Positions 13,796-31,371 of a stretch of 64,000 bases of DNA are shown piece after piece. The position numbers and the translations under genes are program-made. The notes under the pieces were generated by a model that did no database searches, was not told the origin of the DNA, and saw nothing but the letters and a program-made list of their open reading frames with translations. Location: assembly GCF_009914755.1 (NCBI RefSeq), contig NC_060927.1. One strand, given 5' to 3'. Source of the stretch: the human T2T-CHM13v2.0 reference genome, Homo sapiens. Numbering within the stretch: position 1 is the first letter of the stretch; every line of letters starts with the position of its first letter.

Positions 13796-14317
13796 TGTAG
13801 GGGTAAGCGAGGCAAAATTTATTCTCTACCCTCCAAGGGCTTCTTGCTGAGCCTAGGAATTAAATTTACCTAAGGCAGATTAACAGGAGAAAAGCATATG
13901 AGTTTTATTTAGTAATTTTTACATGTACCTGAGAGCCATCACACACACACAAAAAAATGAAGACTCAAAGAAATGAAGTTGAATGCTTATATATTAGGCT
14001 GAACAAAGAATAGTAAATTGTGGAAAAGCGGCAAGACAGAGGGGTGTGGGCTAGGGCAGTTAGTTGTGGAAAAGTGACTAGGAAGATAAGATTGGCTTGT
14101 TAGTTCAACAAGATTTATTTGTGTAGATTTTTGTCAGCCTCCACTTCCCTAGTGATAAGCATGTCTTTCACATAGGAATTTAATCTCCTGCTTTCAGGAA
14201 GAAAAAGGAAGTTCAGAGTGCACTTCTTGCATCTGCTGTTTTTCAAATGTTTTTTACTCTAAATAACAAATAGGCCAAAGCAGCCTATCTGGGGGCAGTG
14301 TATTTTGATCTCTTACA
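13796..14317 (-). mobile_element. ERV1 solo LTR (MER34/MER4-group-like)
   Basis: TG...CA termini; ggcagattaacaggagaaaagcata and gccaaagcagcctatctgggggcagtgtattttgatctcttaca typical of MER34-group LTRs. Confidence 0.65.
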
Positions 14318-14969
14318 TGGGAAACAGCATGAACTGTACACTTAGATGAACATAATTTTGATACTGACCACCCAGTATTTTCTTCTTATTTTTCCCTCTC
14401 TGTTATTGATATTACTTTTTAGATGTAATTCATTTTTTTTTCAAAATGTTTACTTCTTTAAAGTGTTCTTCCTACCTCAATAGGGCAAAAATTATAATGT
14501 ATTCTTCATAGCATTAAGCATATAAACTTCAGTATTCAGGTGAACCTCACACTATGCTTTCAAGTAGGATAATTAGTGGTATGAGTAGTATTTCTGTAAA
14601 TAAAGTTTTATTTTGATGAAGCAAATATGCAAATTAAGATTTGGGAATATCATGGGAATACAATGAAAATTAAGGTTTCTTGAAATGAAGAGTATGGTAA
14701 CTTGAGAATATCAAGACAGGCTGCTGTGGAAATTTTCAACAACCTTTAAGTAATACAAGGTTTTCTATCTTCACTTTCCTGCCTATAAACTATATTATCA
14801 GCCCTTTGTTTCTTAGGACAGAAATACATTTGTTTAGTGTGGAATGTCTTTTATTCTTACTGATTTTTATTCCTATCACATGTAATATTTTGTAGTATAA
14901 TTAGCAGCTTACTGTTCTGTTACATGATTTGAGGGGACAAAAAAATTTAGAATTTTTCCAAATAGTCAG

Positions 14970-15297
<328 letters not shown>

Positions 15298-16905
15298 CTA
15301 GTATGGGACTGATTAAACACAACACACTACACACACATGCACACAAACACACACAAACAGTATGTGTATACGTATCACATATGCAAATTTGCATATACAT
15401 GTATTTTTACATAAAATATATACATATATACACACATATCTCAAAAATGTACATAAAAATAGCAAATACTAAACAAGAATGGAAAAGAAACGGTTCCAAA
15501 ATACTGTCAGACAAGATTTTTCTCTGAGCAGATGCTTTATGTGTTAATAAAACCACAGGAGGGCAAAGCTGGTATGGTTTATCCTCAAAGCCTTTATTTA
15601 TTCACAGCTGTTCAATAGTAGCAATAACAATTGATATCACTGTATCTCATCTCCATTTGGAAAGTGAAAAACAATTTTCAAATTCCATTAAAAAAGATAA
15701 AGCAAAATTTACCTTGCTACATGGAGTTGAATAGAAACATTTCAATGAAGTCATTTTTTTAAAACTGTAACATGTCAAGATTTTAAGAATAGGCATCATT
15801 AAAAATGTTCTGCGATAAATATAGCAATATCACAATTATTTGCTGTACTTGAAGGATTAAAATATTATTTTTGTGCCTTCCTTGCTACGTGTTCCTTGCC
15901 TTTGGGCTCAACTCTTTAATAATCTTATTTATTTTCAAAAGGCACATGAGAGATTAATGGTGAAGCTAATAACCTACTACAGGTATTCAGCTTACATTTT
16001 TCTGATGAGTAATATTTTTACTTTGAAATGTGTAATTTCAATTTGTAGTCAACACTTATTTTTAAGAGATTAAATATCTGGGAACTCAGCTAAAAATGAA
16101 ACCGTAAATAAAGTTGAATATGCACTTGTTTGAAATTTATATCCTCCTACTTTCAAGTTATTTCTCAAATTGACAAATGCTTTTAAAAATTATTTTCATT
16201 ATTTTTAATGGGATTTTGATGAGTGTGTCTAAGATAGTACACAAAAGCAAATCTATGTTATAAAATCATGTGCTGAATAATGATGTTTCAGTCAAATATG
16301 GGCCACATATACTATAGTGGTCTCATAAGATTATAATGGGGCTGAAAATCTCCTATTGCCTGGTAACATAAAGAACAATGCATGACTCATGTGTTTGTAG
16401 TGATGATGGTATAAACAAACTTACTGCTGCCAGTCATATAAGCATATAGCAATTATAACTAAGTACAGTACCTGATACTTGATGATTGATAATAAATGAC
16501 TTCAATCCTAGTTTATGTACTTACTATATGATACATTGAATTGTTATATTAGAGTGTGCTCCTACTTATAAAAAAATTGATGATACTGATCCTGTGTAGG
16601 CCTGGGCTAATGTGTTTGTTTGTATTTTCATTTTTAGCAAAAAAAAAAAAAAAGTTTAAAAGGTAAAAAAAAATTAACATAACGCTTTTATTTTTTTTAT
16701 TTTTTTATTATACTTTAAGTTTTAGGGTACATGTGCACATTGTGCAGGTTAGTTACATATGTATACATGTGCCATGCTGGTGTGCTGCACCCACTAACTC
16801 GTCATCTAGCATTAGGTGTATCTCCCAATGCTATCCCTCCCCCCCACCCCACCACAGTCCCCAGAGTGTGATATTCTCCTTCCTGTGTCCATGTGATCTC
16901 ATTGT

Positions 16906-20755
<3,850 letters not shown>

Positions 20756-20791
20756 TTAGTTGATGCAGTTTCTTCCTAGTCTTGATGGTCT

Positions 20792-21815
20792 TTACATTTT
20801 GGCATGATTTTGCAGTGGCTGGTACCGGTTGTTCCTTTCTGTGTTTAGCGCTTCCTTCAGGAGCTCTTTTAGGGCAGGCCTGGTGGTGACAAAATCTCTC
20901 AGCATTTGCTTGTCTGTAAAGTATTTTATTTCTCCTTCACTTATGAAGCTTAGTTTGGCTGGATATGAAATTCTGGGTTGAAAATTCTTTTAAGAATGTT
21001 GAATATCAGCCCCCACTCTCTTCTGGCTTGTAGGGTTTCTGCCGAGAGATCCGCTGTTAGTCTGATGGGCTTCCCTTTGAGGGTAACCCAACCTTTCTCT
21101 CTGGCTGCCCTTAACATTTTTTCCTTCATTTCAACTTTGGTGAATCTGACAATTATGTGTCTTGGAGTTGCTCTTCTCGAGGAGTATCTTTGTGGCGTTC
21201 TCTGTATTTCCTGAATCTGAACCTTGGCCTGCCTTGCTAGATTGGGGAAGTTCTCCTGGATAATATCCTGCAAAGTGTTTTCCAACTTGGTTCCATTCTC
21301 CCCATCACTTTCAGGTACACCAATGAGATGTAGATTTGGTCTTTTCACATAGTCCCATACTTCTTGGAGGCTTTGCTCATTGCTTTTTACTCTTTTTTCT
21401 CTAAACTTCCCTTCTCCTTCATTTCATTCATTTCATCTTCCATTGCTGATACCCTTTCTTCCAGTTGATCGCATCAGCTCCTGAGGCTTCTGCATTCTTC
21501 ACGTAGTTCTCGAGCCTTGGTTTTCAGCTCCATCAGCTCCTTTAAGCACTTCTCTGTATTGGTTATTCTAGTTATACATTCTTCTAAATTTTTTTCAAAG
21601 TTTGCCACTTCTTTGCCTTTGGTTTGAATGTCCTCTCGTAGCTCAGAGTAATTTGATCGTCTGAAGCCTTCTTCTCTCATCTCGTCAAAGTCATTCTCCA
21701 TCCAGCTTTGTTCCGTTGCTGGTGAGGAACTGCGTTCCTTTGGAGGAGGAGGAGGAGGAGGAGAGGCGCTCTGCGTTTTAGAGTTTCCAGTTTTTCTGTT
21801 CTGTTTTTTCCCCAT
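20792..21815 (-). pseudogene. L1 ORF1 (RNA-binding protein), disrupted
   Basis: MGKKQNRKTGNSKTQSASP... start; CGA>TGA stop at 21474-21476; further frameshifts near 21416 and 20990. Confidence 0.95.
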
Positions 21816-22720
21816 CTTTGTGGTTTTATCTACTTTTGGTCTTTGATTATGGTGATGTACAGATGGGTTTTTGGTGTGGATGTCCTTTCTGTTTGTTAGT
21901 TTTCCTTCTAACAGACAGGACCCTCAGCTGCAGGTCTGTTGGAATACCCTGCCATGTGAGGTGTCAGAGTGCCCCTGCTGGGGGGTGCCTCCCAGTTAGG
22001 CTGCTTGTTGGTCAGGGGTCAGGGACCCACTTGAGGAGGCAGTCTGCCTGTTCTCAGATCTCCAGCTGTGTGCTGGGAGAACCACTGCTCTCTTCAAAGC
22101 TGTGAGACAGGGACATTTAAGTCTGCAGAAGTTACTGCTGTCTTTTTGTTTGTCTGTGCCCTGCCCCCAGAGGTGGAGCCTACAGAGGCAGGCAGGCCTC
22201 CTTGAGCTGTGGTGGGCTCCACCCAGTTCGAGCTTCCCGGCTGCTTTGTTTACCTAATCAAGCCTGGGCAATGGCGGGTGCCCCTCCCCCAGCCTTCCTG
22301 CTGCCTTGCAGTTTGATCTCAGACTGCTGTGCTAGCAATCAGTGAGACTCCGTGGGCGTAGGACCCTCCGAGCCAGGTGCGGGATGTAATCTTGTGGTGC
22401 GCCGTTTTTTAAGCCGGTCCGAAAAGCACAATATTCGGATGGGAGTGACCCGATTTTCCAGGTGCGTCCGTCACCCCTTTCTTTGACTCGGAAAGGGAAC
22501 TCCCTGACCCCTTGCGCTTCCCAAGTGAGGCAATGCCTCGCCCTGCTTCGGCTCGCGCACGGTGCGCGCACCCACTGACCTGCGCCCACTGTCTGGCGCT
22601 CCCTAGTGAGATGAACCCGGTACCTCAGATGGAAATGCAGAAATCACCCGTCTTCTGCGTCGCTCACGCTGGGAGCTGTAGACCGGAGCTGTTCCTATCC
22701 GGCCATCTTGGCTCCTCCCC
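21816..22720. promoter_or_regulatory. L1 5' UTR: sense promoter (minus strand) and antisense promoter (plus strand); intact YY1 site
   Basis: CpG-rich L1 5' UTR; YY1 motif CAAGATGGCC at 22701-22710 (minus); length consistent with absence of the 129-bp ZNF93-binding segment. Activity is inferred from family knowledge only. Confidence 0.75.
22271..22486 (+). pseudogene. L1 ORF0 with premature stop at codon 25
   Basis: ATGGCGGGTGCCCCTCCCCCAGCC... = MAGAPPPAFLLPCSLISDCCASNQ*, TGA at 22343-22345 (consensus CGA); canonical stop at 22484-22486. Confidence 0.85.
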
Positions 22721-23071
22721 ACAACATAACGCTTTTAGAACAAAGATATAAAAAAAAGAAAATATTTTTCAGCAGTAAAATATGTGTTTTAAGCTGTGTT
22801 ATTACAAGAGTCCAAAAGTTTTAAAAATTACAAAGTTCATAAAGTAAAATAGTTACAATAAGCTAAGGCTAATTTATTATTGAAGAAATAAAACTTTATT
22901 TTATAAATAAATTTAGTATAGCCTAAGTGTACAGTGTTAATGAAGTCTATAATAGTAATGTCCTAGGGCTTCACATTCTCTTACCACTCACTGATTCAAA
23001 CAGAGAAACTTCCAGTCCTTCAAGCTTCATTCATGGTAAGTGCCTTACACAGGTGTACAGTTTTTTACCTG

Positions 23072-23373
23072 TTTTTTTTTTTTTTTTTTTTTTGAGACAA
23101 GGTCTCACTTTGTCACCTAGGCAGGAGTGCAAGTGGTATGATCTGGGCTCACTGCATCCTTGACCTCCCAGGTTCAAGTGATCCTCCCAACTTAGCCCCC
23201 AAGTAGCTGGGACTACAGGTGTGTGCCACTATGCTCAACTAATTTTTGTGTATTTTGTAAAGATGGGGTTTGTCATGTTGCCCAGGCTGGTCTGGAACTC
23301 CTGAGCTCAAACGATCCACCACCTCAGCCTCCCAAAGTCCTAGGATTATAGGGGTGAGCCACTGTGCCAAGCC
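23072..23373 (-). mobile_element. AluJ inserted in Tigger3
   Basis: poly(T) + gagacaaggtctcactttgtcacctagg...ctcctgagctcaaacgatcc; TSD ttttttacct / ttttttatct. Confidence 0.88.
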
Positions 23374-26224
23374 ATTTTTTATCTTTTATAGAGTACTTTT
23401 AGTGTGCCTTTTCTATGTCTAGATGTGTTTATATATACAAATATTTACCATTGTGTTATAATTGCCTACAGTATTCAGTACAGTGCAGGTTTGTACTGTA
23501 CAGGTTTGTAGCCGAGGAGCAATAACCTATACCATGAAGCCTAGGTGTGTAGTAGGCTACACCGTCTATGTTTGGGTAAGTACATGCCATCACATGTTTG
23601 CACAATAATGAAATCATATAATGATGCATTTATCAGAGCATATTCCTGTAGTTAAGTAATATATGACTGTAGTTTAATTTTAAGCGCTAGCCATTAGTAC
23701 TAGTAGTCATGGCTAGATGGTCACATAAATATATTTCTTAGAAAACAATGTTGAAATCTTACTCAAATAATTATATGAAGGCAAAGAATTATCAAACATA
23801 ATTATTTATGGAAAATAAAACTATATAAACTTACATGACAGGCTGCGATGTCCACTAAAATTTTTATTAGCATATCATGGTATTTTTACAAATGATCTCC
23901 AACATCTCTAAATTATCTCTTTCTGAGGAAGGGAAGATAAAATATTCAAAATGATTCAAAATTTAATTTATATTTCAAGGTCTTCATGAACAAGAAAAAT
24001 AGGTGGAATTCCTTAACTTCTTTAGAGTTTCTTTTGTTTTATTATAAGTATATTAGCCAAATATGCAGAAGACCATAACTCTGAAACTGTTCAATCACTC
24101 GCATTTAAATTAACTGAAAACTCAACAATCCCTTTGGAACTGAGATTGCTTTTGTAATTCTTTTGTATCCCACATAGCAGTAGGTGCCTAATAAATACTT
24201 GATGAATGAGCTCTCAAGGTAATTATTTTTCCTTAATTTTTGTCAACTTCTACTGTAAAATTCTTTCTAAATTTTCTTAGATATGATGAGAGTTTCTGCG
24301 ACTTTATTTGTATTAAAATGTAGACTCTTTTGTATATGTCTTCTCTGTGTTAAAAGTATCAAAATTCTATCATCTAACCATCACATATGACTTAGTCATC
24401 TTAATGTATTTTATACAATTGAAGAATCATCTCACAGACTACCTGACATTTACATAATTTCAATTGAGAACATATTCTACTACTTGAGGTCTTGGCTTTT
24501 GTATGGCTCAGAATTCACTGAGTAATGTTGTTTTCAGGTTATTGGATTAGCATGCCTGCCAGAACATTCATTAAGCATGGAACAAAATGTCAAGGTGACT
24601 TGTATCAAGATGTCCAGTGCAAAGAACCCATTACTTTTATTCTTCTCTATTTAGGGCCACAGTTCCAAAGGGTACAGTTAAGAACTGCATGCATTATTTT
24701 CTGCATATGTTAAATATTAAGTTTCAAGAAAAAAGGTGGATATATATTAATAGAACTGAGCCCACTGAATAAAGTCAATTACTTTAAAAACTAGTATGTA
24801 TTTCAGATAGTACCACACATCTTACAAAAAGAGCTAAACATCCATGAAACTCAAAGTTATTAATAAAAAAATACAAATGCATTTTGTTTTCCCTAAGTAT
24901 AATTTAATAAATTAATAATGGATTGGGCAATTGTTTAAACACATAGTGACAACAGAGTCTAGAGCATCTAGGAAAGGAAATGTAACAATTATTTAGTTAT
25001 CTCAGATTTCATAAACAGGAAAAGCAGGGGACTTAGAATACAAAATTTCAAAATACTTACTAGGATTGGCTAACTTAATTACCAACACCAAGTAATTATG
25101 ACCTTTTTCTCTTCATTTTGATAACTTGGTTTATATATGCATTGATTATGTCAACAAACCTATGCATTACTATCAATCAATAAAATTGGCTAGATAATCT
25201 TCAGTGAAGCAGGGTCTGTGAACAGGAGTCTGAGTAATGACAGATCTCTTTCTTTTGGGGCCCCAGATCCATTGTTCATCTAGTACTTCAAGTCACTACC
25301 ACCAGTTCATGAGAGTTGGAACTCAAGATGATACCTATTTGCCTTCTCAGTTTTTAGGAGTAGCTTTGACTAAATACTGCCTTTAGAATAAACATTCTTT
25401 TATGTGACACAAGCAGAGCCAGTAGATGTTTAGATGCTTGAAAAAGCATTTTATTTATTTTAACTGAAACACTCATTATCAATCTTTTGGTATAAGACAA
25501 AGAACTTTTCTTTGAGTATTGTTCTGGGGATTGGAATTCTAGATTTACTTTCTTGTTTAAACAACACATATGATGCAACGTCTAAGATTCCTAGTTTCAG
25601 TTTCCTCACCTTGGAGCAAGAAATAGGCACTTGCAATGCAGATTTTTTCTGCCTTGTCACTATACTCCTTTCCTCCCCTTATTAATAATCTTTTCAGTTA
25701 TGTCTCCACATATACTTGAACAACACTTTCAAATTTCATCAATTAATCTGTGTAAGTCTGTCCAAAACATTCAGGTTCATTTTCAAAAAGATAACTCTTT
25801 CTTTCACACTTAAACTATCATTATTTACATAATGCTAATTAAATCATGTAATTTTGTATATAATTACACATGTAACCAGAAGAAACTAGTTTGGGAACAA
25901 AACAAGACATCTTTGTATATGTAAAACTCACTGGAGGAATTGTTGAATTTATGTGGGTGTCATGCATTAGGTTTCTGTTAGGGAGCTGGGAAAAAATACA
26001 GACTCAAATAAAGCATCTCAGTTCCATTGCATCTGAATCTCTTAAGCACCTTTAAAAGTTTCGCAGGTTATTCTCATGCACATTAAATTTGGTAATGATT
26101 CCTAGAACATTGTAGAATACTTGCTAATATTTAATATGAGGGGAAAAATGTGCTATATAGCGGGGCAGCAAACTAGAGGATAATTCTAAAAGAATCCTGT
26201 GGAAATACACTTTTCTATTACCAG

Positions 26225-26830
26225 TGTAGTGGATATTGCTCTTTTAAAATTTATTTTATTTTATTTTTGAGTGCCTGATATCAAACCCTGTTTTCTATAT
26301 GGGGTGAGTCCCCTGTGAGCTTAGCTGGAAGCAGGGCATATGTCTCCCCACAGAAGGTGAATCAGGGTCCAGATATTTGTATTTGAGCTAGGGTAAAGGC
26401 ATGTGCCCTAAGCTTAGCTAATTGGATGACCCCTCCCAGGACTTTACATCTGAAAGAAGAGAAACCAAGACATTGGGACAGTTCAACATTATTCACTCTT
26501 GTTGTGGACAAACTCTGTCAGTGGCAGAGCAGAAGTAGAGGCAGCAAGACTGTCATGACAGAGGAGTGTTCCCAATGCAATGGTGGCAGTGGGGGTATCT
26601 CAAACATTGATGTCCTAAACTGACTATTTCTATAATGGGATCTTGGAAATATCCTTATACCTAGTTTCCCTTGGTTACTGCTTCATTCTCAATGTCTTCT
26701 ATCATTTCTGTAAACTGTTACATATAGTATATTGTATATAAAATATATATACAGTATATTTTTTCAATAAATTTATTTTTTTCTTAAATTGTACATGCAG
26801 CACACCTATTTTGTGCTGCATACCTGAGGA
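26225..26830 (+). mobile_element. Old ERVL-class LTR (LTR16/LTR33/LTR67-like)
   Basis: tgtagtggatattgct...gagctagggtaaaggcatgtgccctaagcttagctaattggatg...caataaatt; boundaries approximate. Confidence 0.5.
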
Positions 26831-27619
26831 CCCTCTTCAACCCTCTAATATTCACAGCTGACAGTGTGGAATTTGCTTTTAGAGTTCCCAAAGCAAAAAA
26901 AAAAAAACAACCCTGATATTTCTACTATTTACTCACAACTTGGAAATTCTTTTCACAATTAACTTTAACATAATCACTAAAAATGCCTGTCTAGTACTTG
27001 CATTTAAAAAAAAATAAATGGTACTTTGAAATGAGATGATTTTACTTTTTAAAAAATTGTGTAATATGTTGTTTGTTTTTGTGTCCATTTGTTTACAAAT
27101 TAAAACCACAACATTTTCATTTCCTTGTGGCAGCAAAAGTTGTTGCAAATAGTGACACACGAATAAACTGTGAGGAAATTTACTCAGCTAAGAAAAAGTA
27201 CCAAAGTGCTCCTTTAAAGCATTAATTTTTGTCACATTTTCAAAGTTAATATTTATTGTGTTAACTTCTGTAACAATTCTTAAAAATATTAAATGTGATG
27301 TTTCTAGTTTTTGTAATTAACATTAAATCATTCTTTCATTAATACCTCAAGCTTTGTGATCAACATTCATAGATTCAGTAGGTCAATTGCTGCACTTTGT
27401 ACTTACTTTTCATTCTAGCTAAAATTAAGCAAACATTACAATGTTTTGTTGATTTTGAAGTGTTCAAATCATCTTGAATACTTACTATTCAAGAGAAACC
27501 ATGCATTTTTGACCCTAAGGCAATCATTTTCAGATGTCAACTAAATGAATTATCTAAATTCTTTAGGTCAAAGAAAACTATATCTATAATTGTAAAAGAG
27601 AATGTCTATGTGTTTTTCA

Positions 27620-28130
27620 TAACTACAGTAAGTAATCAAGTATAGTATATCTGGATATATTTGATTGAAAAGAACACAAAGCCGTACTCACATTGGCTTA
27701 ACTGACGTAATTGAAAATCAAGAGGAAGTGCAGATGTTAGGTTGGATCGATGCAGTATTGCAATCACGTCATCAAGGAATAAGTTTCTTTCAGTCTCTCA
27801 GCTCTGCCTTCCGTAGTATAAGCTCATCTTAAGACTGATTTCCTCCTGGTGGGGTAAAAGAAGATGTGGCATGTATAGATTTCATATCCATAACCCATAC
27901 TTTTCAAAAGAAAAAAGTGGATTAGCTTTTGCTGGTTCTTTCAGAAATCCAAGGACTACTGCTTTTAGAATCCTGCAGGAAACTTCCTCTCAAATGTACG
28001 TGCCAACATTTGGTCACATACCTATTTCTGAAATAATCTGGTGAAAGAATTACCTTTTGCTTAATTAGGACTGTGTTACTTGAATCAACATTATGACAAT
28101 TGAGATCAGATAACCCAAGTTAAATTCATA
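27620..28130 (-). mobile_element. Old MLT1 (J/K/L-like) MaLR LTR
   Basis: ctctcagctctgccttcc...aaacttcctctcaaatg...ttggtcacatacctatttctgaa; diverged. Confidence 0.5.
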
Positions 28131-28288
28131 CCATGGGGAACTACCTCTGGAACTTTTCTCCTAAACAATAAAGCACACAGTGAGCACTGCATAGAATATT
28201 TTTAGACTTTGTACTACGTGACAATGAACAGTATATGACATAGAGAGGCAAGATTCAAAAAAAACTTTATAACAAAACAGCATTTTCT

Positions 28289-28598
28289 TTCTTTTTTTTT
28301 TTTTTTTTTCGAGACGGAGTCTCTCTCTGTCGCCTGGGCTGGAGTGTAGTGGGCACGATCTTGGCTCACTGCAAGCTCGGCCACCCGTGTTCACGCCATT
28401 CTCCTGCCTCACCCTCCCGAGTAGCTGGGACTACAGGCACCCGCCACCGCGCCCGGCTAATTTTTTTTTTTTGTATATTTAGTAGAGACGGGGTTACACC
28501 GTGTTAGCCAGAATGGCCTCAATCTCCTGACCTCGTGATCTGCCGACCTCGGCCTCCTGAAGTGCTGGGATTACAGGCGTGAGCCACTGCACCTGGCC
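28289..28598 (-). mobile_element. AluY
   Basis: gcaagctc...cacgccattctcctgcctc...ccgtgttagccag...cctgacctcgtgatc; 16-bp TSD caaaacagcattttct / caaagcagcattttct. Confidence 0.95.
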
Positions 28599-29795
28599 CA
28601 AAGCAGCATTTTCTAACCATCTAATATAAATATAGAATAAAGTGAAAAATTTTATAAAACATAAAATTAAATAACCTCATACCATATAGTATTTATTAAA
28701 GTATTATACAAACAATAAGTTCAAAATAATATTTTGATTTATTCATCACGTTTGGCTTCCAACCTAGACTGTAAACTTCTAGTTTCTATCCCTAAGCAAC
28801 TAACACAGTGACTTACTCATATTAGATGTTTAATAAAGGCTGTTCAGTAGAATAAGCGGAAAAACATCAATACTGGCTGAATTACTCACTTTGTTTAAAT
28901 AGATGCAGCTTAAATGGCAAACTTTTGGCTTTAGAGTGAACTTCAAAACACATAGTCCACATCCTTCTCATTATTAGAATCAGAAAAATAAATGAAAAAA
29001 ATAAAGCTGAATTACCTATTTTGTTTCGTTTTGTGACCTGACCATTACTGTTTGCCAGAGGTAATGGAGGTAACTAAAGAACAATGGAAAAAGGACAATG
29101 CAAATATCTGGAGTGCAGATGAAACGAAATGCATCTTTATATTAATTGTCAAAAGCCTGTAGGGTATTCAAATAAAATTGTCTTTGGAGGTTGACAGGTT
29201 CTACCTACTGAGTGGAAGCTGAAATACTAAGAGATAATGAGTTCCAAATAAGTAAAGAAAGAAAAGTTATCTAAATATTGAGTTTGAGTTCATACATAGA
29301 GATAAGATGAAAGAAAATGGTCGCGATGAAATATAAATAAAAACAAGAAACCAATTAAATGAGTGTGGAAAAAAAAAAAGTAGTCAACTGTATCACTGTC
29401 TTCTCCAAATTCTGAAAGGCACTAAGGATTGTGTTAACTTCATTTGATTTTAGTCTTGTTTTTGAATTAGTAGGAGGTTTTTTAATACAAAAATATAAGT
29501 TTTCTTTATTGTTAAACTATCGAGCACTGTGCAGTGGAATGGGAGTCTTACTTGAATATCCTAAAAGATAACTTCTTACTCAGGAAATTTCTCTTGAAAA
29601 ACAGTGTAGTTATAGTTAGATGGACTGAGAACTCTTGACAGTAACTGCAAAAGAACACAGTTGTTTACTCCCTCTACAGTCCTCTGCTCTATTTTATATT
29701 TTAATTATAAATGCAAACAGACACTTTTATCTATTTCTTGGGTTATATCTCTTCAAGATGATAATTCATATTTAAAAAAATTATGCTGTGATGGT

Positions 29796-30174
29796 TTTCA
29801 TAGTCAACTCAGGCTGCCTGAGACAACATACTATAGACTGGGTGGCTTAAACAACAGACATTTATTTCTCACAGTTCTCAGGACTGGGAAGTTCAAGATC
29901 AGGGTGCCAGCCTGGCCCGGTTCTGGAGCGGGTACTCTGGCTGGCTTGTCAGTGGCTGCCTTCCTGCTGCATCCTCACATGGTAGAGCGAGGAAGCTCTG
30001 GTACCTCTTCCTCTTCATATAAAGGCACTAATCCCATCCTGGGGGCTCTACCCTCATGACCGTATCCAAACTTAATTACCCCCAAGGCTCCACTTCCTAA
30101 TATCATCCCACCTGCAGGGCCTAAGGCTTCAGTGTGTGCATTTGGAGCAGGAACACAAACATTCAGTCTATAAC
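29796..30174 (-). mobile_element. MLT1A/MLT1A0 MaLR solo LTR
   Basis: agactgggtggcttaaacaacagacatttatttctcacagttct...aaggcactaatcccatc...acacaaacattcagtctataaca. Confidence 0.85.
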
Positions 30175-30378
30175 AATGGTTGACTTTGGTTTCTGTTTTA
30201 TGTGAAAATTCCATCTGTCACTCTGTGAACAGATTTTTAAACTTTTAATAAATCAGTACAGATATCCTAACTTTGTAATGCATACCTCATGGGGACTGTT
30301 TGGCATGATTTACTAATGATATCTCCTGAATTTAGCTAGTCATTTAAGAATTGTCAAATCCATATTGTACTCTGTCAA

Positions 30379-30716
<338 letters not shown>

Positions 30717-30754
30717 TCATGGGAAGAAAAATGCTACCAAATTTTATAAATTAT

Positions 30755-31371
30755 GTATTGCCTCATTGAAAATCACCTCAAAATCTAATGGCTTAAAAAA
30801 ATAACTATTTTTTCTGTTATTCTTCAATATGCCCTTTAAGCTTTACTTAGCTGGGTGGTTCTTCTGGTTGTGGCTGGGCTGGGTCTTGTTATCTGTATTT
30901 ATGTCTGCAACCAGTGCCTCTGCTGTGAAGTTGTCTTGGGGCTAGCTAGTAAAGGAAAACCTCTACTGACCAGATCCTTGTGTTATTTCCTCTTCCAGCA
31001 GGCTAACTAACCCCTTATTGTTCTTATTGGTAACATGGTGGTTTGGCAGGGAGGGAGGGAGAAGGAGAGAGAGTGGGGGAGAGTGGGGGAGAGGCAGGGT
31101 GGGTGGGGGGTTGGGAGAGAGAGAGAGAAGCAGCATGGTAGCTTGCCAAAACTGTGGGGAGGGGAAGGAGAGAGAAAGCAGCATACAGGAGATTTTGAGA
31201 CATGGGCTTTCTACATATGCTATATTCTGTTGGTCAAGGCCCAAACCAAATTCAAGAGGTAGAGAAGTAGTCTGTGCCTCTTGATGGAATGAGCTGCAAA
31301 GTCTTATTTTAAAGGAGTCTCCACACACAGAGGAAAATAATTGCAGCCATTTCCCTCAACAATCTACCACA
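30755..31371 (-). mobile_element. MLT1 (F/G/H-like) LTR with a G-rich internal expansion (31048-31180)
   Basis: aatggcttaaaaaaataactatt...ttctgttggtcaaggc...ctcttgatggaatgagctgcaaagt...caatctaccaca. Confidence 0.65.
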
